Positions 48,511 to 57,366 of a stretch of DNA of 64,000 bases are shown one piece after another (the first letter of the stretch is position 1; the number at the start of each line of letters is the position of its first letter). The stretch comes from Gemmatimonadaceae bacterium. Its GTDB lineage: Bacteria; Gemmatimonadota; Gemmatimonadetes; Gemmatimonadales; Gemmatimonadaceae. The stretch covers positions 477-64,476 of the forward strand of contig DAINRQ010000030.1 in assembly GCA_036741775.1 (NCBI GenBank). Reading direction: 5' to 3'. The position numbers and the translations under genes were made by a program. The notes beneath the pieces are model-generated. The model had not been told where the DNA came from, did not search any database, and saw nothing but the letters and a program-made list of their open reading frames with translations.

Positions 48511-49443
48511 TCACCGCCCCAACAGCTGCCGGAGATGGGCAACCGCCGCCGCCGCCATCCGTTCCGGCGCATACCCACCTTCCAGTGCGCTCACGAGCCG
48601 TCCCCCGCACCACGCCTCGGCCCGCGCGACCAGATCGACCGTCATGGCGACGAAATCCTCGATCTCCAGCGTGAACGCCCCGAGCGGGTCGCCGCGAAGC
48701 GAGTCGAACCCGGCGGACAACAGGAGCAGGTCCGGTTGCCAACCGGTCGTGGCAGCGTCGATCGCCCGCATCCAGGCGTCGACGTAGCGTTCGCGCGGTA
48801 AGCCCCCCGCCATCGGGACATTCCAGATGGTACGGAACGGTCCTCGATCCTCGGCCGCCCCGGTCCCCGGATACCACGGCCACTGGTGCATCGACACGAA
48901 ACGGATGTCGCTTTCGCGCTCCACGAGCGCCTGCGTGCCGTTACCGTGGTGGACGTCCCAGTCCACAATGAGCACTCGACCGATCCCATGCCGAGTACGG
49001 GCGTAGTGAGCCGCGAGGGCTACGTTCCCGAACAGGCAGAACCCCATTCCCCGCGCGGCGAGCGCGTGATGGCCGGGTGGTCGTACGGCGCTGAAGCTAC
49101 GCAGCGCACGTCCGTCGAACGCCATGTCGACGGCGTCGAGGACACATCCGGCACCCGCGGTTGCCGCGGCCCAGCTGCCCTCGCTGACCATCGTGTCGGG
49201 GTCGAGCTGGCCCCCACCGTGACTGGAGAAATCCTGGACGTGGCGGACGTATGCGGGGTCGTGCACGAGCGCGAGTTCTTCGGGGGTCGCGTGGCGCCCT
49301 TCGACGTGCGTCAGGGCGTGAAACAGCTCGGGATCCTCGCGCAACGCGCGCGGGAGCGCGCGCAGTCGGCCGACGTGTTCGGGATGTCCCCAGCCCGTAT
49401 CGTGCCGGCCGCAATCCGAGTGGGAGAGGTATGCAACGGTCAT
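48511..49443 (-). CDS. histone deacetylase-family (acetoin utilisation / acetylpolyamine amidohydrolase-like) enzyme
   Basis: Trimmed to ATG 49443, which overlaps the upstream stop (ATGA). RPPGHHA, VDWDVHHGNGTQ and EGGY motifs. Confidence 0.85.
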   Translation of the reverse strand: MTVAYLSHSDCGRHDTGWGHPEHVGRLRALPRALREDPELFHALTHVEGRHATPEELALVHDPAYVRHVQDFSSHGGGQLDPDTMVSEGSWAAATAGAGCVLDAVDMAFDGRALRSFSAVRPPGHHALAARGMGFCLFGNVALAAHYARTRHGIGRVLIVDWDVHHGNGTQALVERESDIRFVSMHQWPWYPGTGAAEDRGPFRTIWNVPMAGGLPRERYVDAWMRAIDAATTGWQPDLLLLSAGFDSLRGDPLGAFTLEIEDFVAMTVDLVARAEAWCGGRLVSALEGGYAPERMAAAAVAHLRQLLGR

Positions 49444-50738
49444 CGTGCGCCGCGGAGCCGTCGGGCTACCCACTCGAGCAGCAGTGGTCCGACGACGAGC
49501 AGGAACAGGATTCGTGTAATGGCAGCTGCATTACGCGGCTCCGCCGGAGCAACGTCGAGCGACGACGGCGCGCCTAACGCTGAATAGAGTGCCGCGAGCG
49601 GTGCAGGGTCGACGACGGCGCTCATCGGCGGCGACACGGGGACGAGTGGTGCGTATGCGACCGACGAGACGAGACGCGACCACCACTCGCGGTGCGCGCG
49701 AACCGCCTCGTCCCCTCCGCCCATGCGCCAGCGCCAGGTCTCGTCATACCCAACCTGAACGACGCGGCCTGCGGCGACGCGGCGCGCCGCGACGACCGGC
49801 GTGTCATCACGCGCCTCGAGCACGACCGCGTCCGCGCGAGCTGACGCCACCGGGAACGCGCCGAGGCCGCCGCGCGGTGTGGCGCCGCCGATCGCGCCCG
49901 CGACGCCCGCGATTCGCCGGCCGACGCCTCCCGGCGCCACCGCCGCAAGCGACGGGAGACGAGCCGCGCCGCCAGCGAGCACGACCCCACCGCCGTCTCG
50001 CGCATAACGAGCAATGGCCCCAGCCCACGAGGCCGCCGTGCTGTCGAGGACGACGACGGCCGAGTACTGCGCCGTGTCGATCGGCGCGAGCACGCCTTGC
50101 GTCACATCAACGCCGGGCGCGACGCGGAGTCGCGCGGCGACACGCCATCCGCGCTCCTCGAGCGCCGCGATGGTGAACTTCGGTTCCCACCCGGCTGCCC
50201 CGAGCACGAGCACCGGGCGAAGCACGACGCTGTCGCGCGTCGTCGTCCGCGCCACGAACGTCGAACCGCGCGCACGCACGTCACCAGCCACGACGCCGAG
50301 CTCGAACTCGACGTTGCCGCCTTCGGGGAGGGTGTCGATCATTCCGGCGGCATCGATGAGCGCGACTGGCTCCCCGGTGTGCGACGCCACGCGCACCCGC
50401 GTCGTGCCGTACGGGTCCGCGGCGGGCTCGGCCACCATCGCCGACGGCGTGAGGGGTCGCGACGTCGACCAGCGCATCGTCGTTCCTGCTCGCGCGAGCG
50501 CGCGCATCCAGTCTCGCGTCATCGGGTCAGGCGCCGCATCGAACACGACGTGCGCGTCCGCGGGCCTGCTGGACGTCCATGCCGCGAGGGCCGCGCCGAC
50601 GTCGCGCGCGGCGACGGCGGTGTGTGTTTGAGACGCAGGGCGAACCGCGCGCCAGAGCAAGACCGCCAGCGCCGCGAGCGCTATACCGCGGAGGACGAGC
50701 TCCGCCGCCACCCGCGCGCGTTCAACGCGTGAGCGCAT
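49440..50738 (-). CDS. hypothetical membrane-anchored protein (N- and C-terminal TM helices)
   Basis: High GC3 frame inside the MoxR-type operon. No family recognised. Confidence 0.6.
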   Translation of the reverse strand: MRSRVERARVAAELVLRGIALAALAVLLWRAVRPASQTHTAVAARDVGAALAAWTSSRPADAHVVFDAAPDPMTRDWMRALARAGTTMRWSTSRPLTPSAMVAEPAADPYGTTRVRVASHTGEPVALIDAAGMIDTLPEGGNVEFELGVVAGDVRARGSTFVARTTTRDSVVLRPVLVLGAAGWEPKFTIAALEERGWRVAARLRVAPGVDVTQGVLAPIDTAQYSAVVVLDSTAASWAGAIARYARDGGGVVLAGGAARLPSLAAVAPGGVGRRIAGVAGAIGGATPRGGLGAFPVASARADAVVLEARDDTPVVAARRVAAGRVVQVGYDETWRWRMGGGDEAVRAHREWWSRLVSSVAYAPLVPVSPPMSAVVDPAPLAALYSALGAPSSLDVAPAEPRNAAAITRILFLLVVGPLLLEWVARRLRGAR

Positions 50739-51333
50739 ACACGATCACGTTCACGCCGAACTTCGTGTTGTCCACGGCCAGGAACCGCTTGTTGTCGGGA
50801 TGATACCCCCACTCCGAACTGTAGTCCTTGTTGCTGTACAGGACCGCGATGCGATCGCCACGCATCACGGCCTGGAGATGCGTATGTACGAGGTTGTCCC
50901 CCCACCCGTTCAGCTCGTGCGACGTGTTCGGCGGTCCGTCCGGAAACTTGAAGAACGAGGAGTAGAGCGAGTGGGTGTTCGGCAGTCGCACCAGCGGGCC
51001 GACCGAGCGGGTCAGCTCTTCCACCGCGGTCTTGTGAAAGGCGCCATCGATGTCGTGGTTGTGATCGTCCACGAACAGGAGACCGCCACGGTCCGCGAAC
51101 CGCCTGACGTTTCCACGCTCGGCGTCGGTGAAACGCACGGGGAGGTGCCCGGTGAAGAACACGAACGGATAGCGGAACAGATCGTCGCTCGACAACGCGA
51201 CGATCACTCCGGTGGGCGCCACGGGGAGACTCGTGTAGCGGGCGATGGAGTCGATGAGGTTCGCCGGCACGAGCGGCGCGCTGTCCCAATCGCCGGACTC
51301 GTACTGCGCGGTCGCGAATACGAACTCGCTCAC
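50722..51333 (-). CDS. DUF4159 domain protein
   Basis: TAQYESGDWDS...YPFVFFTGH...LLFVDDHNHD...LYSNKDYSSEWG pattern. GTG start overlaps the upstream stop (GTGA). Confidence 0.7.
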   Translation of the reverse strand: MSEFVFATAQYESGDWDSAPLVPANLIDSIARYTSLPVAPTGVIVALSSDDLFRYPFVFFTGHLPVRFTDAERGNVRRFADRGGLLFVDDHNHDIDGAFHKTAVEELTRSVGPLVRLPNTHSLYSSFFKFPDGPPNTSHELNGWGDNLVHTHLQAVMRGDRIAVLYSNKDYSSEWGYHPDNKRFLAVDNTKFGVNVIVYALTR

Positions 51334-53423
51334 CAGACCCCGCTCCAGGAACCGAGCGAGCTTCCCCCACGCACCGTACCGTCGGCCGCTCGGCGCGCTC
51401 GCGCCAGCAGCGACGACGCGTCACGCCCGCTGCGAAGGGCGTCAACGACGTCACCAAGCGCGGCCGCGAGCGCCGGCGCGGCGTCGAGCGCCTCGACCCG
51501 CAGCAGCACGAGCGAATCGATGGCGGCGGCAGGCTCGTGCGCCGCGAGCGCCATCGCGGCAGCCAAACGCTCGGTGCGACGGGCGGCGTTCGGATCCGCG
51601 GGGGCGCGCGCCGACCGCGTGCTCGGACCGCCGGAATCCTTCCCCGTTAGGCGCACGCGCGCGAGATCGACGACTACCGCCGGTGGTTTCCCGCGCAGGT
51701 AAATCCGCTCCGCCTGACGTGCGCGCTGAATGGCGGCGAGGGCCCGGCGCATCGGCGGCAACGCGCGCGCCGGCTCGCCCTGATCGAGCTCGCGTCCAGC
51801 CTCCCACATCGCGTTGTACGCCTCGAGGAGCGGCCGATTGATCGCGACGATGGGAGTCTCGTCGCCCTCGAAGTCGAGGATCTCGTCCCCGCCAGTCGTG
51901 GCCGCTTCGGCGGCGCGCAGCAGCGCGGCCCGCGCCGAATCGGCGGACGAGTCGGCGGGTGTGCCGACCGGCTCGTCGTGTGGTTCTTCGTCAGGTCCGT
52001 GCACGTGCTCACCGGTCGGGTCGTCACCAAGGCGCGCGAAGATGATATCGCCGACCCGCTTCCGAAGTCGCGTCTGGTCGCGCCCGATCGCCCGCGACTC
52101 ACCAAGTACGGTTTCTCGCGCGAGGCGCGGCCGCCGCCGCTCGAGCGCCTCGGTCATGATGATCAGCATGCGCTGGCTGATCAGCGACTTGTCGGCCTCG
52201 GGCGGTGCGGCGCCTTCGACGGCGATCGAGTCGTACTCGCTCGCGCGAGCGATTCGTATCACCCGCGTCTCCGATGAGCCGGCGCCAGGCCCCGACACCG
52301 TGTTGCCATCGCGTGCGACGGCGCGGAGGTGCAGGATGTCACCGGGTTTGAGACCGAGCGACGTCAGCCTCAACACCCCCGTGAGCGTCCCGGTCAGAGT
52401 CCGATTGCCGTCCGTGGCGAAGCGCCTGGCGCCCAGCGTCCCCGAGCGGAACTCGAAGCTCTCCCCCTGGCCCGAGCTGACGATGTACTCGAACGCGCCG
52501 CTCACGAGGCCGATGTCATCACGGACCTCAGCGGCCAGCGGCACGTTGCCTTCGGCAGCGCGAAGAACGGTGTCGCGCGCCGGGCGTGTGAGCCGCACGA
52601 CCGGCGCGGAGTCGGGACGCGGCTCGAGTGCGACCATCCGCTCGCCTAACGAATGGCGCAGTCGTACGATCGCCGGCCGGTCCCCCATCGTGAGGCCGAC
52701 ATGCCATTCCCCACCGGTGCGCCGTACCGCGACCTGTCGTCCCGCCACGTCAGCGGATATGCCAGCGCCGGTTCCCGGCGCTCGCAGCGTGATGGCGCTT
52801 CCACCGAGCGATGCGATGGAGACGGGCGACTCGATGGTCACCTCTCGGCCGCCCGCGTACGCGGGCGGCCGCACGTCAGCGGCGAGCCCCGCAAAGGGCG
52901 CTGGCGGCGAGCGCCCCGCCGCGGACGTCCCGGTCACGCGGACGGCTATCGCAGGGACCGCGCCGAGGTCGGCACGTCGGACGGCGAGGAGTGCGACGAG
53001 CGCGACGGCTGCAGCGATCGCAGGACGCGCGAGCGCGCGCAGGATGGCGCGGCTCGTCTCGGCAGACCAGCTGACGCGCGCGATCTGGTGTTCGAGATCT
53101 GGCGTCACTGGCGAATTCTCGTAGCGCGGATCGACCGCCGTGACGAGCGCGTAGCCGAGTTGCGGTACGCGCTCCTCGATCCACAACGCGACGCGGGGAA
53201 CCGTAAGCCGCCGAGCCGGCGCGGCCGCGAGAGTGAGCGCGAGGATCGCGGCGAGTACCCCGGCTGTCCAGGTGGCGATGTCGGTGGCGCCGAGGCGCCC
53301 AACGATGACAGTCGTGAGCGCGGCCGCGCCGAGCCCCGCCGCCACCGACCACATTACCGCGCGCGTCGCAACCGCCGCCGCCAGCGCGCGCCGCGTGCGC
53401 CGGACGCGCTCAAGCGGTCGCAT
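51330..53423 (-). CDS. large hypothetical membrane protein of the MoxR/BatA-type operon
   Basis: Trimmed to ATG 53423 (MRPLERVRRTRR...). Two N-terminal TM helices, then a long soluble region. Confidence 0.6.
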   Translation of the reverse strand: MRPLERVRRTRRALAAAVATRAVMWSVAAGLGAAALTTVIVGRLGATDIATWTAGVLAAILALTLAAAPARRLTVPRVALWIEERVPQLGYALVTAVDPRYENSPVTPDLEHQIARVSWSAETSRAILRALARPAIAAAVALVALLAVRRADLGAVPAIAVRVTGTSAAGRSPPAPFAGLAADVRPPAYAGGREVTIESPVSIASLGGSAITLRAPGTGAGISADVAGRQVAVRRTGGEWHVGLTMGDRPAIVRLRHSLGERMVALEPRPDSAPVVRLTRPARDTVLRAAEGNVPLAAEVRDDIGLVSGAFEYIVSSGQGESFEFRSGTLGARRFATDGNRTLTGTLTGVLRLTSLGLKPGDILHLRAVARDGNTVSGPGAGSSETRVIRIARASEYDSIAVEGAAPPEADKSLISQRMLIIMTEALERRRPRLARETVLGESRAIGRDQTRLRKRVGDIIFARLGDDPTGEHVHGPDEEPHDEPVGTPADSSADSARAALLRAAEAATTGGDEILDFEGDETPIVAINRPLLEAYNAMWEAGRELDQGEPARALPPMRRALAAIQRARQAERIYLRGKPPAVVVDLARVRLTGKDSGGPSTRSARAPADPNAARRTERLAAAMALAAHEPAAAIDSLVLLRVEALDAAPALAAALGDVVDALRSGRDASSLLARARRAADGTVRGGSSLGSWSGVW

Positions 53424-54735
53424 GAGACTCTCCCCGTCGCAGCAACAATTCCCCGACGGCCAGAGCGAACGCGATCCCGAGCAACCAGGCGGCGAGGCGC
53501 GGCGCATCACCGGGCTCAGTATCGCGGTCCAGCACAGGTGCTCGTGCGCCACTGGGCGCGGCAGGAAGTACGCGGTCGACGACGCTGTCAGGCGCCACCG
53601 CCCCCGCGTTGCTGCCACATCGCTCCGCCATGCGTCGAGCGAAGTGGCGGAATGCCGGTGTCAGTGCGAGATCGCCGACCGTCGGCACCGGAACGGCAAC
53701 TGAACGCACGCAGCCGCTGCCTAACGGGTTCTCCGTCGCCGCCGTTGAGCCGTCACCCCAGTACGCAATCGCGCGGCCGGCCGGAGGGTCGAACGCGCGG
53801 TCGAACGGCGCAACGACGGTCGCCGCGGTCGAGCGGCCAAACCCCTCCGATGCGCCGCCCGCTACGACGGAGAAGGCAGTGTCTGGATCAGGACGCGCAT
53901 CCCAACCTGTGGCTGGTGGTACCGGCCACGCGACGAGCGTCCCCCCTTCCCGCACCCACGCACTGTCTGCCGGCGTCACGCCGTCGCGCCGCACGCGAAC
54001 CGTCGCGCCGCCGACCACAGGTCCAACGAGCGAGAGCGCGGCGGCAACCGGGTCACCGGCACTCGCGCGGACCTCCGGGCGCACCGACGCGAGCGTATCA
54101 CTCCGCACCGAGCCCGCCCGGATGACCCGCACCGAACCAGGCCATTCGTCTCGAATCGCGGCGGTCGCCGCGTCGATCTCATCGAGCGTGACCGGAGAAA
54201 CGATCGCGATCTCCACCGAATCTCGCTCGCGAGCCAGCCGCTCGGCCGCCCGCAGCGCAGCAACGAGCGCGGCGGACAGTGAACCAGGTGCACCCGGTGC
54301 TCGTCCGGCGTCCCGCGGGGTCGCGATGGAGTCCGCCACGGGGCGCGCCACCTCTCGCGCCGACGAATCGAAGACCACGAGGGCGTCGCCCGGGCGGAAC
54401 ACCGCGCGCGCGGAGTCGGACACGGCCTCAGCGTCACCAGCCGAGCGGGACCGGTCGATCACGACCACGCGACCCTCGCCGCGCCGTTCGCGCGCAAAGC
54501 TGGGGCGCGCGAGCGCCAACCCCACGAGCATCACCATCGCGACGCGCACCGCCAGCAGCAGGAGGTCCGTGGGCCTGACCGCGCGCGACACGACGCGGGC
54601 GGGTCGTTCTGGAGCGAATCGCGCCGTCGGAAGCGGCGACGACGGCGGCCGGCGCCAGGCAAGCAGATGCGCCGCAACCGTCGCAATCGCGACAGCCGAC
54701 GCGATCCAGAGGAAGAACGGAGCGGCGATGCTCAC
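53410..54735 (-). CDS. BatA N-terminal double-TM domain protein (TIGR02226-like)
   Basis: MSIAAPFFLWIASAVAIATVAAHLLAWRRP...LLLLAVRVAMVMLVGLALARP. GTG start overlaps the DUF58 stop (GTGA). Confidence 0.65.
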   Translation of the reverse strand: MSIAAPFFLWIASAVAIATVAAHLLAWRRPPSSPLPTARFAPERPARVVSRAVRPTDLLLLAVRVAMVMLVGLALARPSFARERRGEGRVVVIDRSRSAGDAEAVSDSARAVFRPGDALVVFDSSAREVARPVADSIATPRDAGRAPGAPGSLSAALVAALRAAERLARERDSVEIAIVSPVTLDEIDAATAAIRDEWPGSVRVIRAGSVRSDTLASVRPEVRASAGDPVAAALSLVGPVVGGATVRVRRDGVTPADSAWVREGGTLVAWPVPPATGWDARPDPDTAFSVVAGGASEGFGRSTAATVVAPFDRAFDPPAGRAIAYWGDGSTAATENPLGSGCVRSVAVPVPTVGDLALTPAFRHFARRMAERCGSNAGAVAPDSVVDRVLPAAPSGARAPVLDRDTEPGDAPRLAAWLLGIAFALAVGELLLRRGESHATA

Positions 54736-55649
54736 CGGGATTCCCCGCGAGCGCGGGCGGCCGCCCCGGCACCGGCACCAGCCACACGCCTAACGACACG
54801 AGACGCGGGCTCCGAGGTCAGCGCCTGCGTGAAGGTGAGCCCTTCGCCACGCCAGCCACTCGCGAGCGCCTCCCGCCACGCCGCGAAGTTCGCCAGGTAC
54901 GCGGCACGAGCGTCACCCACGAACGGCCGAGCGATCGCCTCGTCCTCCGGGTCCACCGCGAGCATGGCACGCCCCGGAGGATCGAGCTCCTCCTCGGCCA
55001 CCACGTGCACCGCATGCACCTCTCCACGGGCGGCGGCGATCTCGCCCGCGCGTCTCCGCACGTCGTCCGCATCGCCGAGGAAGTCGCTGATGATGACGAC
55101 GCGCGAGCGCGCCCGCGTGCCGGCCAGCGCGGCGGTGATCGAGGCACTCCCCTCCGCGCGACTCGCGTCGAGTGCGCGCGCGATCTCCCCCACGATACCA
55201 CGTCGCGTCCGGGGCGGCAGGTGCCTGACGCCGGCGCCGCTCACGAGCAGTAAGCCCACCGGGTCACGCGCCGTGTGCGCGACCGCGGCGAGACCCACAG
55301 CAACGTCGCACGCGAGCCGCCATTTCCCGAGCGAATCAGGCGGAAACGCCATCGACGCCGTCGCATCCACGACCACGATCGTCGGGACGATCGACCGGTC
55401 CTCGGCCAGGCGGATGTAGGCGCGGTCGCTCCGTGCGAGGAGACGCCAGTCGATCCGCTTCGGATCATCGCCCTGACGATACGCGCGGTATTCGCTGAGC
55501 TCCGGCGCCGCCCCGCGCAATCGCGAGTGGTGCGCACCGGGCATGGCGCCAGCCACGGGCCGAAGCGCCGGCCACTTCACGCCACGTATCGCGTCGAGGA
55601 GCGCTCCCCGCGACTCGGCTCTCAGTGTGTCCGAGCGTCCGTCCCGCAT
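54732..55649 (-). CDS. DUF58 domain protein (vWA-like, MoxR partner)
   Basis: GAHHSRLRGAAPELSEYRAYRQGDDPKRIDWRLLAR...VVVDATASM. Confidence 0.8.
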   Translation of the reverse strand: MRDGRSDTLRAESRGALLDAIRGVKWPALRPVAGAMPGAHHSRLRGAAPELSEYRAYRQGDDPKRIDWRLLARSDRAYIRLAEDRSIVPTIVVVDATASMAFPPDSLGKWRLACDVAVGLAAVAHTARDPVGLLLVSGAGVRHLPPRTRRGIVGEIARALDASRAEGSASITAALAGTRARSRVVIISDFLGDADDVRRRAGEIAAARGEVHAVHVVAEEELDPPGRAMLAVDPEDEAIARPFVGDARAAYLANFAAWREALASGWRGEGLTFTQALTSEPASRVVRRVAGAGAGAAARARGESR

Positions 55650-55657
55650 CGCGGCCG

Positions 55658-56725
55658 CTACACGCGGATGCCGCTCGATGGCGGGTGCACGTGCTTCACG
55701 ACGGCAGCAACGATCTGCTCCGCCGTCACGCCGTCCGCATCCGCCGCGAAGTTGGGGAGCACCCGATGGCGCAACACCGGCAGCGCCACGCGACGCACGT
55801 CCTCCGGCGCAACGGCCGCCCGTCCGGACAACAGGGCGTGGGCCTTCGCGCCAAGCACGAGCGCTTGCCCCGCTCGCGGCCCCGCGCCCCAGCGCACGTA
55901 TCGCTTCACGATCTCGGGCGGTCCGCCACTCTGGCCGTTCCCGGCGCCGTCTTCCGTCGGCGGTCGCGTCGCTCGCGCCAGCGACGCCGCGTACCGCAGG
56001 ATGGGATCAGCGGCGGGCAGCTCGCGTGTGAGGCGCTGCAGCGCGCTCGTCTGACGCGCGTCCAGCACTGGCGTCAGATCCACTTCGCTCGCACCGGTGG
56101 TCGAGCGCAGAATCCCGACTTCCTCCTCCTCGTTCGGATACCCGATGCGTATGTCGAAGAGAAACCGGTCGAGCTGTGCCTCAGGCAGCGGGTACGTGCC
56201 TTCCTGCTCGATGGGGTTCTGCGTCGCCAGCACGAAGAAGGGCTCGGGCAGCCGCATGGTCTCACCAGCCGCGGTCACCCGATGCTCCTGCATTGCCTCG
56301 AGCAACGCCGCCTGCGTTCGAGGCGGCGCGCGGTTGATCTCATCGGCCAGCACGATGTTCGCGAACACGGGCCCGCGCACGAAGCGGAACGTCCGCGCCC
56401 CGGTGGCCGCGTCTTCCTCGAGCAACTCCGTCCCCGTGATGTCGCTCGGAACGAGGTCGGGGGTGAACTGGATGCGGCGGAAGTCGAGCCGCATCGACTC
56501 CGCCACCGAGCGCACCATGAGCGTCTTCGCCAGCCCGGGCACGCCGACCAGGAGCGCGTGACCGCCGGCGAGGACCGCCATCAGGATCTCCTCGAGCACG
56601 TCGTGCTGGCCGACGATGCGTCGAGCCACCTCGTTGCGCAGCCGGACGGCCGCGGCGAGCAGGGCGTCGCGCTCCGCGGGCGGCGTGGACGCGCCCGCGT
56701 TAGGCGTCGGGCGCGTGGTCGTCAG
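55658..56725 (-). CDS. MoxR-family AAA+ ATPase (N-terminus extended to a putative CTG start; first canonical start is GTG 56629)
   Basis: Walker A GVPGLAKT, Walker B LADEINR, FFVLATQNP. The 32 codons upstream of GTG 56629 (...TPPAERDALLAAAVRLRNEV-ARRIVGQ) keep 33/34 G/C third positions and encode the N-terminal helix typical of MoxR. Confidence 0.85.
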   Translation of the reverse strand: MTTTRPTPNAGASTPPAERDALLAAAVRLRNEVARRIVGQHDVLEEILMAVLAGGHALLVGVPGLAKTLMVRSVAESMRLDFRRIQFTPDLVPSDITGTELLEEDAATGARTFRFVRGPVFANIVLADEINRAPPRTQAALLEAMQEHRVTAAGETMRLPEPFFVLATQNPIEQEGTYPLPEAQLDRFLFDIRIGYPNEEEEVGILRSTTGASEVDLTPVLDARQTSALQRLTRELPAADPILRYAASLARATRPPTEDGAGNGQSGGPPEIVKRYVRWGAGPRAGQALVLGAKAHALLSGRAAVAPEDVRRVALPVLRHRVLPNFAADADGVTAEQIVAAVVKHVHPPSSGIRV

Positions 56726-57045
56726 CGGACCGGCCGCCGACGGCGGTAGGTGAGGAGGAACGTGGACCCGTCTTTCGCGCCGGCGTCCGTGAGCGACGCG
56801 CCCTCGTCGAGCACCTCGAACCCGTTCAGCTTCATGACGAACGCGTGGGCGGGGTCTCCGTCGGGCATCAAGGCGTTCAGCGCGGCGGCCTTCACGGAAA
56901 GCACCGGTTCACTGGGCGGAGCTTCCACGCGAACGAGGTCCCACACCTCTGGGCTCTGCACACGCACCGTGATGCGCTCGCCGTTATCGCCGAGGCGTAC
57001 GACACCGGGCCGAGCTCGGAGCTGGGTGACGAACGGCGCGGTCAC
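56722..57045 (-). CDS. hypothetical small protein (107 aa)
   Basis: GTG start overlaps the upstream stop (GTGA). High GC3. The C-terminal ...LTDAGAKDGSTFLLTYRRRRPVR is faintly ubiquitin/beta-grasp-like, which is speculative. Confidence 0.55.
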   Translation of the reverse strand: MTAPFVTQLRARPGVVRLGDNGERITVRVQSPEVWDLVRVEAPPSEPVLSVKAAALNALMPDGDPAHAFVMKLNGFEVLDEGASLTDAGAKDGSTFLLTYRRRRPVR

Positions 57046-57344
57046 GGCGCGACCTCGCTCGCGACGGGCGGCAACGTGTCCAGGAAACGGGCGAGCTGCT
57101 GATCGAAGAGATACGTCGATCCGGTCACGCGGGTCCCCTGCCCGTCCTCGGCCGCAGTGGCAGCAACGAGAACCTCCTCGCCGCCCTGCCCGCGTAAGCT
57201 CACGTAGTTCGGCCCCTCTTTCTCCGCAAACGCCGAGTAGATGCTGTTCCGCCGCACGAAGAAGCGCTTGGCGGCGGTGATCACGTCTGACACGCCGAGG
57301 CTCGTCCGAGCTTCCTGCAGCGTGCGGCCGCTCTGAATGTTCAT
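57042..57344 (-). CDS. hypothetical small protein (100 aa)
   Basis: Trimmed to ATG 57344 (MNIQSGRTLQEA...). The longer track ORF overlaps the kinase gene. Confidence 0.5.
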   Translation of the reverse strand: MNIQSGRTLQEARTSLGVSDVITAAKRFFVRRNSIYSAFAEKEGPNYVSLRGQGGEEVLVAATAAEDGQGTRVTGSTYLFDQQLARFLDTLPPVASEVAP

Positions 57345-57366
57345 CCGGTCCGTTAGTGTCAGGTCG

